Counted from the stretch's first letter, positions 43,091 to 53,348 are shown. The stretch: 64,000 nt of DNA from an uncultured delta proteobacterium (GCA_963735595.1 CAVTLK010000005.1:736001-800000); one strand, 5' to 3'. Program-made: numbers and translations. The notes: a model not told the origin generated them from the letters alone.

Positions 43091-43508
43091 TATCGTCTCC
43101 AAAAACAAAGGTCGTATCTGAAATACGCGTATTGGTCAGGTAGCGCCTCATCTCTTCGTTGATTCTCCCGACCAGATCGCCGAATATACACTTTCCCTCC
43201 CCACAAAGGGGGGTCTCAAGGAGGCAGTCGTGCGGCAAGAATTTCCCCTCGATGGCCTCGTAGACGTCCATCAGGGGGGTCTGTTCGGCGCCGTTTGCCA
43301 GGACGAAACCGCCCTTCGGCCCCCGGGTGGATTGAACGAAACCCTGCCTGGCCAGTCTCCCGAGGACCTTTGCAAGGTGCGCCTCGGAGACGCGAAGGGT
43401 CGAGGCGATCTGCCCCGCGGAGAGCGGCCCTTGGCGATTACCGGCCAGTATCGCCATCGTATGTACGGCCAAAGAAGCGGCCTGGGAGATTTTGAGAAGG
43501 GTGGTCAT
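43068..43508 (-). CDS. Rrf2-family regulator
   Basis: SEAHLAKV, STRGPKGGF, C-x6-C-x4-C. Confidence 0.9.
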   Translation of the reverse strand: MTTLLKISQAASLAVHTMAILAGNRQGPLSAGQIASTLRVSEAHLAKVLGRLARQGFVQSTRGPKGGFVLANGAEQTPLMDVYEAIEGKFLPHDCLLETPLCGEGKCIFGDLVGRINEEMRRYLTNTRISDTTFVFGDDNGNKKDH

Positions 43509-43538
43509 CGATAATTCTCTTCATTCGGTCTATTTCGG

Positions 43539-43578
43539 TATTTAAGTAACATTATACTTAAATAGCATGGTCTGTCAA
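43539..43578 (-). promoter_or_regulatory. Consensus promoter with perfect 10-bp inverted-repeat operator
   Basis: TTGACA-N16-TATAAT on the minus strand; tatttaagta-N6-tacttaaata covers the -10 box. Confidence 0.7.
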
Positions 43579-43727
43579 GTCCTTTTTTAGGTATAATGAA
43601 AAAAGAGGGGGTATCTTAAGGCCAAGGGCGGGGGTGTTGATATTGAGGTGACGTGCGGGTCCCGTTCGGGGCAGGATAGGGGCGCGTTATCGGCCGGTTT
43701 TGCAGTGTCGTCGGGTAGGCGCTCGTT

Positions 43728-44894
43728 TTACCGCATGAGCCCACGTATCCCCCGGGTCAAGCCGTCGACCGTCAGTTCGTACATCGGGAAGACCTCCTGA
43801 ACCATCCCGATCGTGTCGGTACGGGGCCAGCTGTAGGCCGGGAGGGGATTGAGCCAGATCGTCTTCTTGAAGTGGTCGCGAATCCGGGCGAGCCACTCCA
43901 TACCCGGGACGTCATTATAGTAGAAATAGTGAATCGCCCCGTTTCGGTTTAATAGCTCGGAGGGCGCCATGTCGGCGTCTCCGACGATGATACATTTGTA
44001 TTCGGGGCCGAATTTCTTCAGAAAATCCCCGGTGGGAAAACCGGTCCGCCGCCGCATATCGGTATAGATGTCCTGATAGACGCAGTTGTGGAAATAGAAA
44101 TAGTGGAGGTTCCGGATCTGCGCCTTGGAGGCGGAAAAAAGGCGTGATACGAGCTCCACGTAAGGGTCCATGGAACCCCCGGCGTCCATCAGTAACAGCA
44201 CCTTGGCGGCGTTGGTAATGCTCTTGATGAAAACGAGGTCTATCTCGCCGCCGTCCCGCGCGGTCTTGTCAATCGTCTTTTCCAGCGAGAGTTCGTCTTC
44301 GGGCCCCTCGGGCAGGAGCGTCCTGAGCCGTGAGAGGGCCACGCGGATGTTGCGGGTGTCCAGGATGACGTCAGAATCGTAGTTCCTGAAGCGCCGCTCC
44401 TCGGCTATCTGGACGGCCCGCTTGTGCCGGGATTGCCCCTGGCCTATCCGTACCCCGGTGGGGTGGAAGCCGAAGGCCCCCTGCGTAGACCTGCCGCCCG
44501 TGCCGATCGCGCGGTTTCCCCCGGTATGCTCGTTATAATGCCCCTCCCGCCACTGCCGCTCGAAGTTTCGCCTGACCGTCTCCAGGTCGAGGGCCTCGAT
44601 GGCCGCCATCTCTTCGGGGGTCAGCGCCAGCGCCTCGACTTTCTTGAGTCCTTTGAGTATCTCGTCTATGATTTGATCGGGTGTTTGTATCCCCTTGAAG
44701 TAAGAGGCAAACGCAAGGTCATATTTATCGAACTGGGACTCGTCCTTGACGAGAATAGACCGGGCAACGGAATAAAAACGATCGAGGCTTACCGCGGTAA
44801 GGTTCTTCGATAGCGCCTCGTGCAGGGCGATCCACTCGTGGAGCGTTACCGGGACACCGTGGGCCTTGAGCTCAAAGAAAAAGTCGGTGAACAT
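43728..44894 (-). CDS. VWA-domain protein (CoxE-like)
   Basis: LLMDAGGSM MIDAS motif, YFHNCVY, VGDA.MAP.EL, WLNP. Confidence 0.85.
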   Translation of the reverse strand: MFTDFFFELKAHGVPVTLHEWIALHEALSKNLTAVSLDRFYSVARSILVKDESQFDKYDLAFASYFKGIQTPDQIIDEILKGLKKVEALALTPEEMAAIEALDLETVRRNFERQWREGHYNEHTGGNRAIGTGGRSTQGAFGFHPTGVRIGQGQSRHKRAVQIAEERRFRNYDSDVILDTRNIRVALSRLRTLLPEGPEDELSLEKTIDKTARDGGEIDLVFIKSITNAAKVLLLMDAGGSMDPYVELVSRLFSASKAQIRNLHYFYFHNCVYQDIYTDMRRRTGFPTGDFLKKFGPEYKCIIVGDADMAPSELLNRNGAIHYFYYNDVPGMEWLARIRDHFKKTIWLNPLPAYSWPRTDTIGMVQEVFPMYELTVDGLTRGIRGLMR

Positions 44895-44949
44895 GGATTA
44901 CCCGCCGTAGCCGGCGGCGCTTGCCCGTCGGTGCCGGCTTGCCCGCCGT

Positions 44950-45799
44950 CTATCGATACTGAGTGCGGTACTTGTCATAAATCTTCTGGTTTTCCTTCTG
45001 GTGATCGAGGACGGCATAGTCTTCCCGCTTTTTGAGCAGGGCGCCCAGGAAAGGCATCGTTTCTTCCAACCGTTCGGGGAGAGATCCCGCCAACGATGAG
45101 CGCGCGCACCCAGTCGACAAGCTCGGAGGTGGAAGGCTTTTTACGGAGTGAATCGAGCGTTCGTATCCAGTAGAACTTCTTAAGGACGGCCGCCAGCAGT
45201 TCTTCCTCAATGTCGGGATAATGAACCCGAATGATGTCGATCATCAGCGGCTCGTCGGGGAATTCTATGTAGTGAAAGACGCAGCGGCGAAGAAACGCGT
45301 CCGGCAGTTCCTTTTCTGCGTTTGACGTAATGATGACGATAGGCCGGTGCTTTGCAGTAATCGTTTCATCGGTCTCGGGGATATGGAAGGTCATCACATC
45401 CATCTCGTTGAGCAGATCGTTGGGGAATTCGAGGTCGGCCTTATCGATTTCGTCGATGAGCAGCACAACCTGCTCGTCGGAGGTAAAGGCCCTCCCGAGC
45501 TTGCCCAGCTTGATATATTTTTTAATATCGGAGACGTCGCCTTCGCCGAACCGGGCGTCGTTGAGACGCTGGACGGTATCGTAGACATAGAGGCCGTCGC
45601 GGGCCTTCGTGGTGGACTTGATGTTCCAGACGATCATCTCTTTTTTCAGGTTCTCGGCAACGGAGTGGGCCAGCAGGGTCTTGCCGGTCCCCGGCTCACC
45701 CTTTACAAGCAGCGGCCGGGAGAGTGCGATTGCGACATTTACCGAATCCATCAGGTCTGGCGATGCGATATATGTCCCGGTTCCGGAGTAGGCGTTCAT
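44950..45799 (-). CDS. MoxR-family AAA+ ATPase (3' frameshift near 45075)
   Basis: GEPGTGKT, LLIDEIDKAD, LPDAFLRR, KKPSTSEL; C-terminus PFLGALLKK in another frame. Confidence 0.9.
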
Positions 45800-46157
45800 G
45801 GGTACCGTCCTTTTAGATCAATACATATCATAAAATTATACCAGTCCATCGATTTTTGTTCAAGGAGAAAAAGGCCGCGCGAATCGTCATACGTTCAAAA
45901 ATATCTTGTAAATGTTCAAAGAAAAGGAATAGAATAGGCCAACATTTCGCGTGGCGCGGGTTGTGTCCCTGACAATTCATAAGCGAGACCTCGTGAGAAA
46001 CCGCCGGTCATATCATCCCGGCCGGGCACGAGTTCTTCTCATCATATACCCGAACGCATGATACCTGACACCGTGTGAAACCAAATGGAACGCTCCGAGA
46101 TCATCCGGACGTAAGACACCTATTCGGCCGATTGCGGCGGCAGAGGATTCTCTTATC

Positions 46158-46976
46158 ATGAGTCCCAACCAGGGTATATCGTTTGATACCGCCCGAGCCC
46201 TGCGGCACCTCGGCGTCAAACCGGGGGACAGGCTCCTTGTCCATTCGAGCCTGAGGCTCCTCGGCTGGATACACGGAGGGGCGAACGCCGTTATTGATGC
46301 GATCCTTTCGGCCGTCGGCGAATCGGGTACGGTCATGATGCCCGCCTTCACGTTCCCCCCCGTGGAGGTATTCGACCCGGTCCTCACCCCGACGACTATG
46401 GGGACGATCGCCGGGGCCTTCCTGAGGCGGCCCGATGTGGTCAGAAGCATCCATCCGACCCACTCGGTATCGGTCTGGGGGGCTCACAAGGACCGGCTTG
46501 CCGCCGGGCATGAGACCGCCACCGCCCTGGGTGTCGGCTCCCCCGTGCATCTTCTGCTCGAGGAAGGAGGGGATAGTATCCTCCTGGGTGTGGGCCACTG
46601 GGCCAACTCGGCGGTTCACGTGGCCGAGGCGATCGCGCGAGTCCCCTACCTGGACATCCCCTACAACGATCAATACGCCTGCCCGTTGACCGCCCGCCTT
46701 TCCGACGGCTCGCTCAGACAGTTTCCGCCGACGGAAAATCCGGGCTGCAGCATAAATTTCACGGCCGTGGAACAACCCCTCAAACGGCGGGGGCTGATCA
46801 CCTATCACCGACAGGGCGATGTCCTGGTTCAGCGGGTATCGGGGAGAGGGCTCCTGGAGCTGATACCGGAAATGCTCTCGATCGATCCCCTCTTTCTGCT
46901 CTGTTCATGGGATCTCTGCCCGTTTTGTCCGAACGTGAAACGATTATTTAACCATACTCAATACGGGGAGGTTTAG
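46158..46976 (+). CDS. AAC(3)/Antibiotic_NAT-family N-acetyltransferase
   Basis: LLVHSSL, GTVMMPAFT, RSIHPTHS, LLGVG..NSAVH.AE; C-terminal C-x4-CPFC. Confidence 0.88.
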   Translation: MSPNQGISFDTARALRHLGVKPGDRLLVHSSLRLLGWIHGGANAVIDAILSAVGESGTVMMPAFTFPPVEVFDPVLTPTTMGTIAGAFLRRPDVVRSIHPTHSVSVWGAHKDRLAAGHETATALGVGSPVHLLLEEGGDSILLGVGHWANSAVHVAEAIARVPYLDIPYNDQYACPLTARLSDGSLRQFPPTENPGCSINFTAVEQPLKRRGLITYHRQGDVLVQRVSGRGLLELIPEMLSIDPLFLLCSWDLCPFCPNVKRLFNHTQYGEV

Positions 46977-46981
46977 CAAAT

Positions 46982-47716
46982 ATGTGGGAGTCGTTTATTG
47001 TTGAGGTCCAGAAACAGATTAAGGAAACGGTCAATTCCGAGGGGCAGGCCATTAAAAAGGCGGCGGCCGTCCTGGTTGAGACCATAGAGATGGATGGGAT
47101 TATCCATACCTTCGGGAGCGGACATTCGGCGCTCGTTGCTCAGGAAATCTTCTGCAGGGCGGGCGGGATTGTCCCGGTTAACGCGATCCTCGACCCCTCG
47201 TTCATGGTTTCCTACGGCGCTATGCGCAGCACGAACATGGAACGGTTGCCCGGCGCCGCCTCCATATCGCTATCCGGCCACCAGATCAGGAGCGGCGACG
47301 CGGCCATTATTATATCCAACTCGGGCAAGAACCAGGCCCCGGTCGAGATGGCCCTCAGGTTCAAGGAACTCGGTGTAAAGATCATCGCCGTGACAAGCAT
47401 GGAACATTCAAGCGGCGTCACATCGAGCCACCCCTCGGGCAAGCGCCTGTTCGAGGTATCCGACGTCGTTATCGATAACCATGCGGCCATCGGCGACGCG
47501 GCCGTCAGTGTACCGGGGGTAAAGGCGCCGGTAGGTCCCACATCCACCATCATGGGATCGATCATCGTTCAGTCTATTATCGTCGAAGCCGTCGACATAC
47601 TCGCGAAAAAGGGGAAGGCGCCGGCGGTCTTCGTTTCGGTAAATATGGAGATGACCAACCTCGAAGAGCTCAGCAGGGAATATATGAAATACCGGGGGAG
47701 GATCAGGCACTTCTGA
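46982..47716 (+). CDS. SIS-domain sugar-phosphate isomerase-like protein
   Basis: FGSGHS, RAGG, ISNSGKN, SSHPSGKRL, IDN. Confidence 0.85.
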   Translation: MWESFIVEVQKQIKETVNSEGQAIKKAAAVLVETIEMDGIIHTFGSGHSALVAQEIFCRAGGIVPVNAILDPSFMVSYGAMRSTNMERLPGAASISLSGHQIRSGDAAIIISNSGKNQAPVEMALRFKELGVKIIAVTSMEHSSGVTSSHPSGKRLFEVSDVVIDNHAAIGDAAVSVPGVKAPVGPTSTIMGSIIVQSIIVEAVDILAKKGKAPAVFVSVNMEMTNLEELSREYMKYRGRIRHF

Positions 47717-48591
47717 TGACGCAAAGGATCCGCGACACCCATATCGCCCTGTCACTGGTCCCGATCCCGGACGATCCGGCCGGGCTTTCGACCCGCTTCG
47801 TACTCGGGGGATGGATCGACGATATCGTTACGTCCGACGGGTATACCTTTTGTCCCCATGAGTTTCCGAACGACCGTATCTACGGTTTCGGATACCCGGA
47901 CGAATTTATTACCCCCCTTTTCATCGGGGATCGGCCGGCGCTGGCCGATACCGCCCTTAAGATAGGCGTCGGGTTTATCAACCTGGTGAAAGCCGGTACC
48001 TATCACTTCTGCGATGAGCCGGGAGTCAGGGAGGTCCTCCCGTGGAAGATACAGAGGACCGGCGGCGGGCTGCGGCTTGTTCAGGAGGCCGCCGTTGCGG
48101 GGGTCGGCTACACGCTCAAAAAAGAGATCCGGCTCATGGGCGATCGACCGGGATTTACCGTTTCATGGGCGCTCACGAATTGTTGTGCCGACCGACCTAT
48201 CCAGACCCTCTGGTACTGGCACCCCTTTGTCGCCCCCGGGGGAATGGGCGCACGCTGCTTTGTGAAGCTGCCCGAAACCCTCGTGCCCGCCTACGAGTTC
48301 CTCAAGCCGCTTACCGCCGACCCCCGGGGTGGGCTCCGCCTGCCGGACGATTTTTCGGAGCTCCCCACGCAGCTTCTCGAATTCACCCCGGCCGATAACG
48401 GGCTGGTTAACCGGTTTGAGCTGGGCAATATCAATCACGACAAGAGGCTCGTGGTCGTCGGGGATTTCCCGCTCGGCTTTCTCAGAATCTGGTACGAGCG
48501 CCGGGTCTTTTCCGTAGAGCCGTTCTATCACCTCTCTCTGATGCCGGGAGAAACAAGGTCGTGGTCGATTACGGCCACTATTGTCAATTAA
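47716..48591 (+). CDS. Aldose-1-epimerase-like (galactose mutarotase fold) protein
   Basis: WYWHPF, C-terminal FSVEPF...L.PGE..W. Confidence 0.6.
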   Translation: MTQRIRDTHIALSLVPIPDDPAGLSTRFVLGGWIDDIVTSDGYTFCPHEFPNDRIYGFGYPDEFITPLFIGDRPALADTALKIGVGFINLVKAGTYHFCDEPGVREVLPWKIQRTGGGLRLVQEAAVAGVGYTLKKEIRLMGDRPGFTVSWALTNCCADRPIQTLWYWHPFVAPGGMGARCFVKLPETLVPAYEFLKPLTADPRGGLRLPDDFSELPTQLLEFTPADNGLVNRFELGNINHDKRLVVVGDFPLGFLRIWYERRVFSVEPFYHLSLMPGETRSWSITATIVN

Positions 48592-48611
48592 ACGTTTGTC
48601 AGGAGGACGGT

Positions 48612-49958
48612 ATGGCACAGGACGTCGTCAAGCGCCTCTCCAATAAGGAGGTGTTCTTTTATAACTGGGGGTCTATTTCGCTAAACTTCGTCGAGGGAGT
48701 CCTGTTTACCTGGATCATGTATTTCTATGCCCCTCCCCCCGATTCGGGAAGACCCGCATTTATTCCGATCATTGCGACGGGAGTGATCCTGACTATCGGA
48801 AGGGTCTTCGACGCGATCACCGACCCGCTGATCGGCCACCTCTCCGATAACACAAAAAGCCGCTGGGGACGGAGGAAGCCCTTCATAATTTTCGGGACAC
48901 CCTTCATGATCCTTTTCTTTCTCCTCCTCTGGCTCCCGCCGGTATCGGGCGTTTCCATGGTGAACGTGGTGTATCTTATGGTGATCTTTCTCTTTTACTT
49001 CCTATTTTATACGGTCATCGGCATCCCGTATGACGCGGTGCTGGCCGAGATCGCCCTTACCTCGGAAGACCGCGTCAAGCTTACTTCCTGGAAGTTGATC
49101 TATGCCATTATCGGTTTTCTGTTGGTGGCAATTATTGCGCCCGGCCTCTTCCAGAACCTGGGAGCCTTCAAGATGGCGCTGGTTACAGCGGCCGTGGGCC
49201 TGGTGACCATGTACCTCTGTCTGCCGGGGATCAAGGAACTGCCCGTGGAGTTTTCCCGGGCCGACGTGCAGATCGGCTTTTGGGACGCCTTTAAGGCCAC
49301 TTTCAAGAACGCGCAGTTTCTCTTCTTCGGCGTGGCCATCATCGCGCTTTACATGTGCTACGAGGTGCTCCTGGTGGTCATCCCCTATTTTGTCACAGTC
49401 ATCGTGGGCAAGGAGGAGGCATTCGTCATGTACTACCAGGCCGAGTTCATCCTCTGCATGGTGGCCTCAGTCCCACTCTGGATGTGGCTCTCCCACCGCT
49501 ACGGCAAGCGCCGCATGCTCCAGGTTGTATCGCTGCTTCTGGCAGTCATCTTTCCTATTAACTTCTTTGTTGGCGCCGTCCCCGGTATTCCGGTCATGAT
49601 CCAGGCCTTTATCTTTTTCCCGCTGGTTAGTATCCCGCTCGGCGGCTTTATGATACTGGTCTACGCCATGATGGGAGATATCGTTGATTACGACCAGATG
49701 CAGACAGGAAAACGACGCGAGGCGATGTACTACGGGGTTTTCGGTTTTTCCCGAAAACTCGGATTTGCGCTGTCTACGCTGATACTCCCGGTGCTCTTTA
49801 AGACCTTCGGGTATACCAGGGCCAATCCCCTGGGGATACGGCTCGTATGGGTCATGCTCGGCGTTTTCTCATTGATCGGATTTTTCGTCCTGCTGGGCTA
49901 TAAGCTCGGCGACAGTCCCGAAGAGACACGAAAGATCATGGGCATAAGGGAGCAGTAA
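48612..49958 (+). CDS. MFS/GPH-family sugar-glycoside symporter
   Basis: DAITDPLIGHLSD.T.SRWGRRKP; D.VDYD...TG.RREA.Y. Confidence 0.9.
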   Translation: MAQDVVKRLSNKEVFFYNWGSISLNFVEGVLFTWIMYFYAPPPDSGRPAFIPIIATGVILTIGRVFDAITDPLIGHLSDNTKSRWGRRKPFIIFGTPFMILFFLLLWLPPVSGVSMVNVVYLMVIFLFYFLFYTVIGIPYDAVLAEIALTSEDRVKLTSWKLIYAIIGFLLVAIIAPGLFQNLGAFKMALVTAAVGLVTMYLCLPGIKELPVEFSRADVQIGFWDAFKATFKNAQFLFFGVAIIALYMCYEVLLVVIPYFVTVIVGKEEAFVMYYQAEFILCMVASVPLWMWLSHRYGKRRMLQVVSLLLAVIFPINFFVGAVPGIPVMIQAFIFFPLVSIPLGGFMILVYAMMGDIVDYDQMQTGKRREAMYYGVFGFSRKLGFALSTLILPVLFKTFGYTRANPLGIRLVWVMLGVFSLIGFFVLLGYKLGDSPEETRKIMGIREQ

Positions 49959-50935
49959 TGGGCAGGGAGATCCTCATATCGATAGACGGCGGCGGTACGC
50001 ACACCACGGCGATCGCCGTTGACCGAACCGGCCGGATTATCGGCAAAGGGGCGGGCGGGCCGGCGAACCACGTACTGGCGCCCATCGAGGTGGTCAAGGC
50101 GTCGCTTCGGGACGCCATTACGGGGGCAGTCCGGACCGCAGCGATACTGCCATCGGACGTGGCCATTATCGCCGGGGATACCGCGGGCATCGGATATTTG
50201 CGGGAGGGCGCCGAGTACGTCGAGGGGCTCATCGCCGGGCTTTTCCCCGATATACCGGTCTACCTGGTCGGGGATATGGTGGCCGGTTTTTTCGGTGCGC
50301 TCTCCGGCGGCCGGGGGGTAGTGGCAACCGCCGGGACCGGCTCGTCGATCTATGGGCGGAACGAACAGGGCGAGGGGCTGCAATCGGGCGGATGGGGGCA
50401 TATCCTGGGTGACGAGGGCAGCGCGTACGACATCGTAGTCGCGGGGCTTCGGGCGGCAGCCCGCGCCTACGACGGGCGGGGGACGCCGACGACCTTGACC
50501 TGTGCCTTTCCGAAGCACTTCGGCCTGCCGGATATGATCGGCGTGGCGGTCACGATCTACGTCGATAAGACCATGACGCGCGACAGGATCGCCGAGGCCG
50601 CCCGCGTGGTTACCGAACAGGCCGATAAGGGAGACGCCGTGGCACGCGCTATCATGGAGGGGGCAGGGCGCGAGCTCGCCCTCGGAGTCGTTACGGTGGC
50701 CGGGAAGCTCGGGTTTACCGATGAACGGCTTGAGGTTTCCTGGTCGGGGAGCGTCTTTCTGGCCGGGGACGTCATTATCGCGCCCTTTTCGGAGGCGGTC
50801 CTGAAACAGTGCCCGGCGGCACAGATCACGCCGCCCGTCATGCCCGCGGTGGGCGGAGGGGTGAGGATCGCCTGCGAGAGGCTCGGATGGGATTATGAGC
50901 CGATGAAAGAGACGCTCGTTCGAGACCTCCGATGA
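49958..50935 (+). CDS. BadF/BadG-type N-acetylglucosamine kinase-like protein
   Basis: IDGGGTHT, AGTGS, GGWGHILGDEGSA. Confidence 0.88.
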   Translation: MGREILISIDGGGTHTTAIAVDRTGRIIGKGAGGPANHVLAPIEVVKASLRDAITGAVRTAAILPSDVAIIAGDTAGIGYLREGAEYVEGLIAGLFPDIPVYLVGDMVAGFFGALSGGRGVVATAGTGSSIYGRNEQGEGLQSGGWGHILGDEGSAYDIVVAGLRAAARAYDGRGTPTTLTCAFPKHFGLPDMIGVAVTIYVDKTMTRDRIAEAARVVTEQADKGDAVARAIMEGAGRELALGVVTVAGKLGFTDERLEVSWSGSVFLAGDVIIAPFSEAVLKQCPAAQITPPVMPAVGGGVRIACERLGWDYEPMKETLVRDLR

Positions 50936-52206
50936 CGGCGCGGTTTCGCGCGTCGGCGGCCGTGATCGACGTGACGCCGCCGATCGGCTTCCCCCTCGGC
51001 GGGTACATGCTTCGGACAGGCGTTTCGACCGGGACCCTCGATCCGATCCTCGCCCGCCTTCTCCTGCTGACCTCTGGCGATGATGCGCTGCTTCTGATAT
51101 CGCTGGACTGGGTACATATCGACGGCCGCTGGTCCCGGGGCGTCAGACGGTCTATCGAGACCGAGACGGGGATCAGCGGAGACAGGATTATTATCACGGC
51201 CACCCATACTCACTCGGGCCCGGCTGTTTTCAGGTCCTTCAACACCGTCGTGGATGGGGAACCCGCCTATCTTACCGGGGTCTCCGAAAGGATCGTCGAG
51301 AAGGCCGGAACGCTCATGGCGGCGGCACGGGACGTAACGGCGCTGTTCGGCTCGAGCAAAGTCACCGGGATCGGTGCACACCGGAATGACCCGGGACTTA
51401 CCGTCGATGACGAGCTTTCAGTACTGACACTGAGAGGGACCGATACTGCCGCCGTCGGCCGGGCAATCGCCTACGGCTGCCACCCGACTCTCCTGGGTCC
51501 GGACAATCTCCTCTTTTCCGCGGACTGGGTGGGGCGCGGGCTTGCCGCCCTCGATCGTCAGCGGGGGGGTGTATCGGTTTTTATCAACGGGGCGGCCGGC
51601 GACGTAAGCACCCGCTTCACCCGGGAGGGTAAGGGCGTGCAGGAGCTGGCAAAATACGCCGCGCTGTTTTCCGAGGCGGGGGTTCGGGCGGAAGCGGGTG
51701 CCGTTGCGCTCTCCGGAGCCGGGATCGAGGTAACAACGGCCGACGTCCCGGTGAGGTATCGGGAGCTTCCCGATCGGGACGAGGCCCAAAAAAGCCTCTC
51801 GGAAGCGGAAGAGGCAATCGCCGCGGCAGCGAGCGCGGGGGCGAGCCCCGGCGAGATCAGGCGGTTGGAGTCGGTCAGGGAAGGGGCGGTCGTTTCCCTC
51901 TTCTTTGCTCACAGGGGGGGATTGGACGCACTGTTCGGGGAGCGTACCATGACGGCGACGGTAACGCTTGTGCGGATAGGGGCGGTGCGAATGATATTTA
52001 TTCCCGGAGAGGTAATGAGCGAGAGCGCGATCAGCCTCAAGGCCGAGGCCGGGTACGGCCTTGTCGTCTGCGGTTATGCGAACGACTATTTCGGCTATCT
52101 GAGCGGCGGGGGCGGTGACTACGAATCGTCGATGACGCTGCTGTCGCCCGATTCCGTCGAGGGGATACTACGTGCCGCCCGGCGGCTCATCGCGGAGGGT
52201 ATGTGA
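50932..52206 (+). CDS. Neutral/alkaline ceramidase N-terminal-domain amidohydrolase
   Basis: DVTPP.G.PLGGY, ATHTHSGP, GCHPT, SADW, GAAGDV, PGE, GYANDY.GY. Confidence 0.8.
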   Translation: MTARFRASAAVIDVTPPIGFPLGGYMLRTGVSTGTLDPILARLLLLTSGDDALLLISLDWVHIDGRWSRGVRRSIETETGISGDRIIITATHTHSGPAVFRSFNTVVDGEPAYLTGVSERIVEKAGTLMAAARDVTALFGSSKVTGIGAHRNDPGLTVDDELSVLTLRGTDTAAVGRAIAYGCHPTLLGPDNLLFSADWVGRGLAALDRQRGGVSVFINGAAGDVSTRFTREGKGVQELAKYAALFSEAGVRAEAGAVALSGAGIEVTTADVPVRYRELPDRDEAQKSLSEAEEAIAAAASAGASPGEIRRLESVREGAVVSLFFAHRGGLDALFGERTMTATVTLVRIGAVRMIFIPGEVMSESAISLKAEAGYGLVVCGYANDYFGYLSGGGGDYESSMTLLSPDSVEGILRAARRLIAEGM

Positions 52207-53348
52207 ACGATCTGGTAATTACAAACGCCCGGGTAATCCTCCCCGATACCGTGACCGAGGCCGACGACGTCCTGATCTCCGGAGGCGTAATCGCCGCGAT
52301 CGGCCCGGGGTTGGCGCGGGGGCGGGCAGACATGTTGGACGCGGAAGACGCCTATCTCTGTCCGGGCCTGGTGGATATCCATATCCACGGGGCGGCCGGC
52401 GTTATGTGTGACCGGGCCGGGGTGCGGGAGCTTGGCGCGATGTCAATGGTCCTGGCGCGTCTCGGAACGACCTCGTTTCTCCCAACAATAGCCTCCTCCG
52501 AGAAGGATATGACATTAGGAGTGCTTGCGGCAATTCGGGAAGCTTCCGCAGCCGTCGAGGGCGCCCGCATTTTAGGCGCTCACATGGAAGGACCCTATCT
52601 CAATCCGGTCCGGGCCGGCGCTCAGCGGCCGGATACCCTGCGCACCTATTCGGAGGGCGACCTCTCCGACTATCTCGATGCGGCGGGGGGGACGCTCTCC
52701 ATCATGGGCCTTGCCCCCGAGATGCCGGGGGCAACCGACCTGATCGATGATCTCGTTGGCGCGGGGCTCGTCCCGGGGGCGGTGCATACCGACGCCACAT
52801 ACGACGAGGCCGTCGGCGCGTTCAAACGGGGGCTGAGGCTGGCGTGCCACACCTTTAACGCCATGCGCCCGGTGCATCACCGGGAACCGGGGATTGCAGT
52901 TGCGGCGCTGCTGGCGTCCGACGTATTCTGTGAGTTCATCGCCGACGGTTTTCACCTGGCGTTGCCCATGATCGAGCTTGCCTACCGGGTAAAGGGCCCC
53001 GAACGAATGATCATCGTATCGGATGCGGTTGCGCCGGGCGTACCGGAAGGTGATTACGATTTCTTCGGAACGAAAACCCGCGTGGAGGCCGGCAGGGTCT
53101 TTTTCCCCGAGAACGGCGTCCTGGCGGGAAGCGCCAGCCCCCTCTTGGCGGGCGCCAGGAATCTCCACGCACGCGCAGCGATCCCGCTCGCCCACATCAT
53201 CCGTGCGGCCTCTCTTAACCCTGCAACCCTCATCTGCCGCGACAAAGAGGTAGGGAGCATTGCCGTGGGGAAACGCGCCGACCTCTTGTTTTTAAATAAG
53301 AGTTTGGATATACTGAGGGTGTGGATCGGGGGCAGGGAAATCACGTAA
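52203..53348 (+). CDS. nagA: N-acetylglucosamine-6-phosphate deacetylase
   Basis: PGLVDIHIHG, GAHMEGPY, LAPE, HTFNAM, IADGFH, LAGS, NPA. Confidence 0.9.
   Translation: MNDLVITNARVILPDTVTEADDVLISGGVIAAIGPGLARGRADMLDAEDAYLCPGLVDIHIHGAAGVMCDRAGVRELGAMSMVLARLGTTSFLPTIASSEKDMTLGVLAAIREASAAVEGARILGAHMEGPYLNPVRAGAQRPDTLRTYSEGDLSDYLDAAGGTLSIMGLAPEMPGATDLIDDLVGAGLVPGAVHTDATYDEAVGAFKRGLRLACHTFNAMRPVHHREPGIAVAALLASDVFCEFIADGFHLALPMIELAYRVKGPERMIIVSDAVAPGVPEGDYDFFGTKTRVEAGRVFFPENGVLAGSASPLLAGARNLHARAAIPLAHIIRAASLNPATLICRDKEVGSIAVGKRADLLFLNKSLDILRVWIGGREIT

Noticed and set aside
46158..46976. Acquired aminoglycoside resistance gene
   Set aside because: No mobile context; embedded in a metabolic operon with host-like composition; family membership alone does not show resistance.
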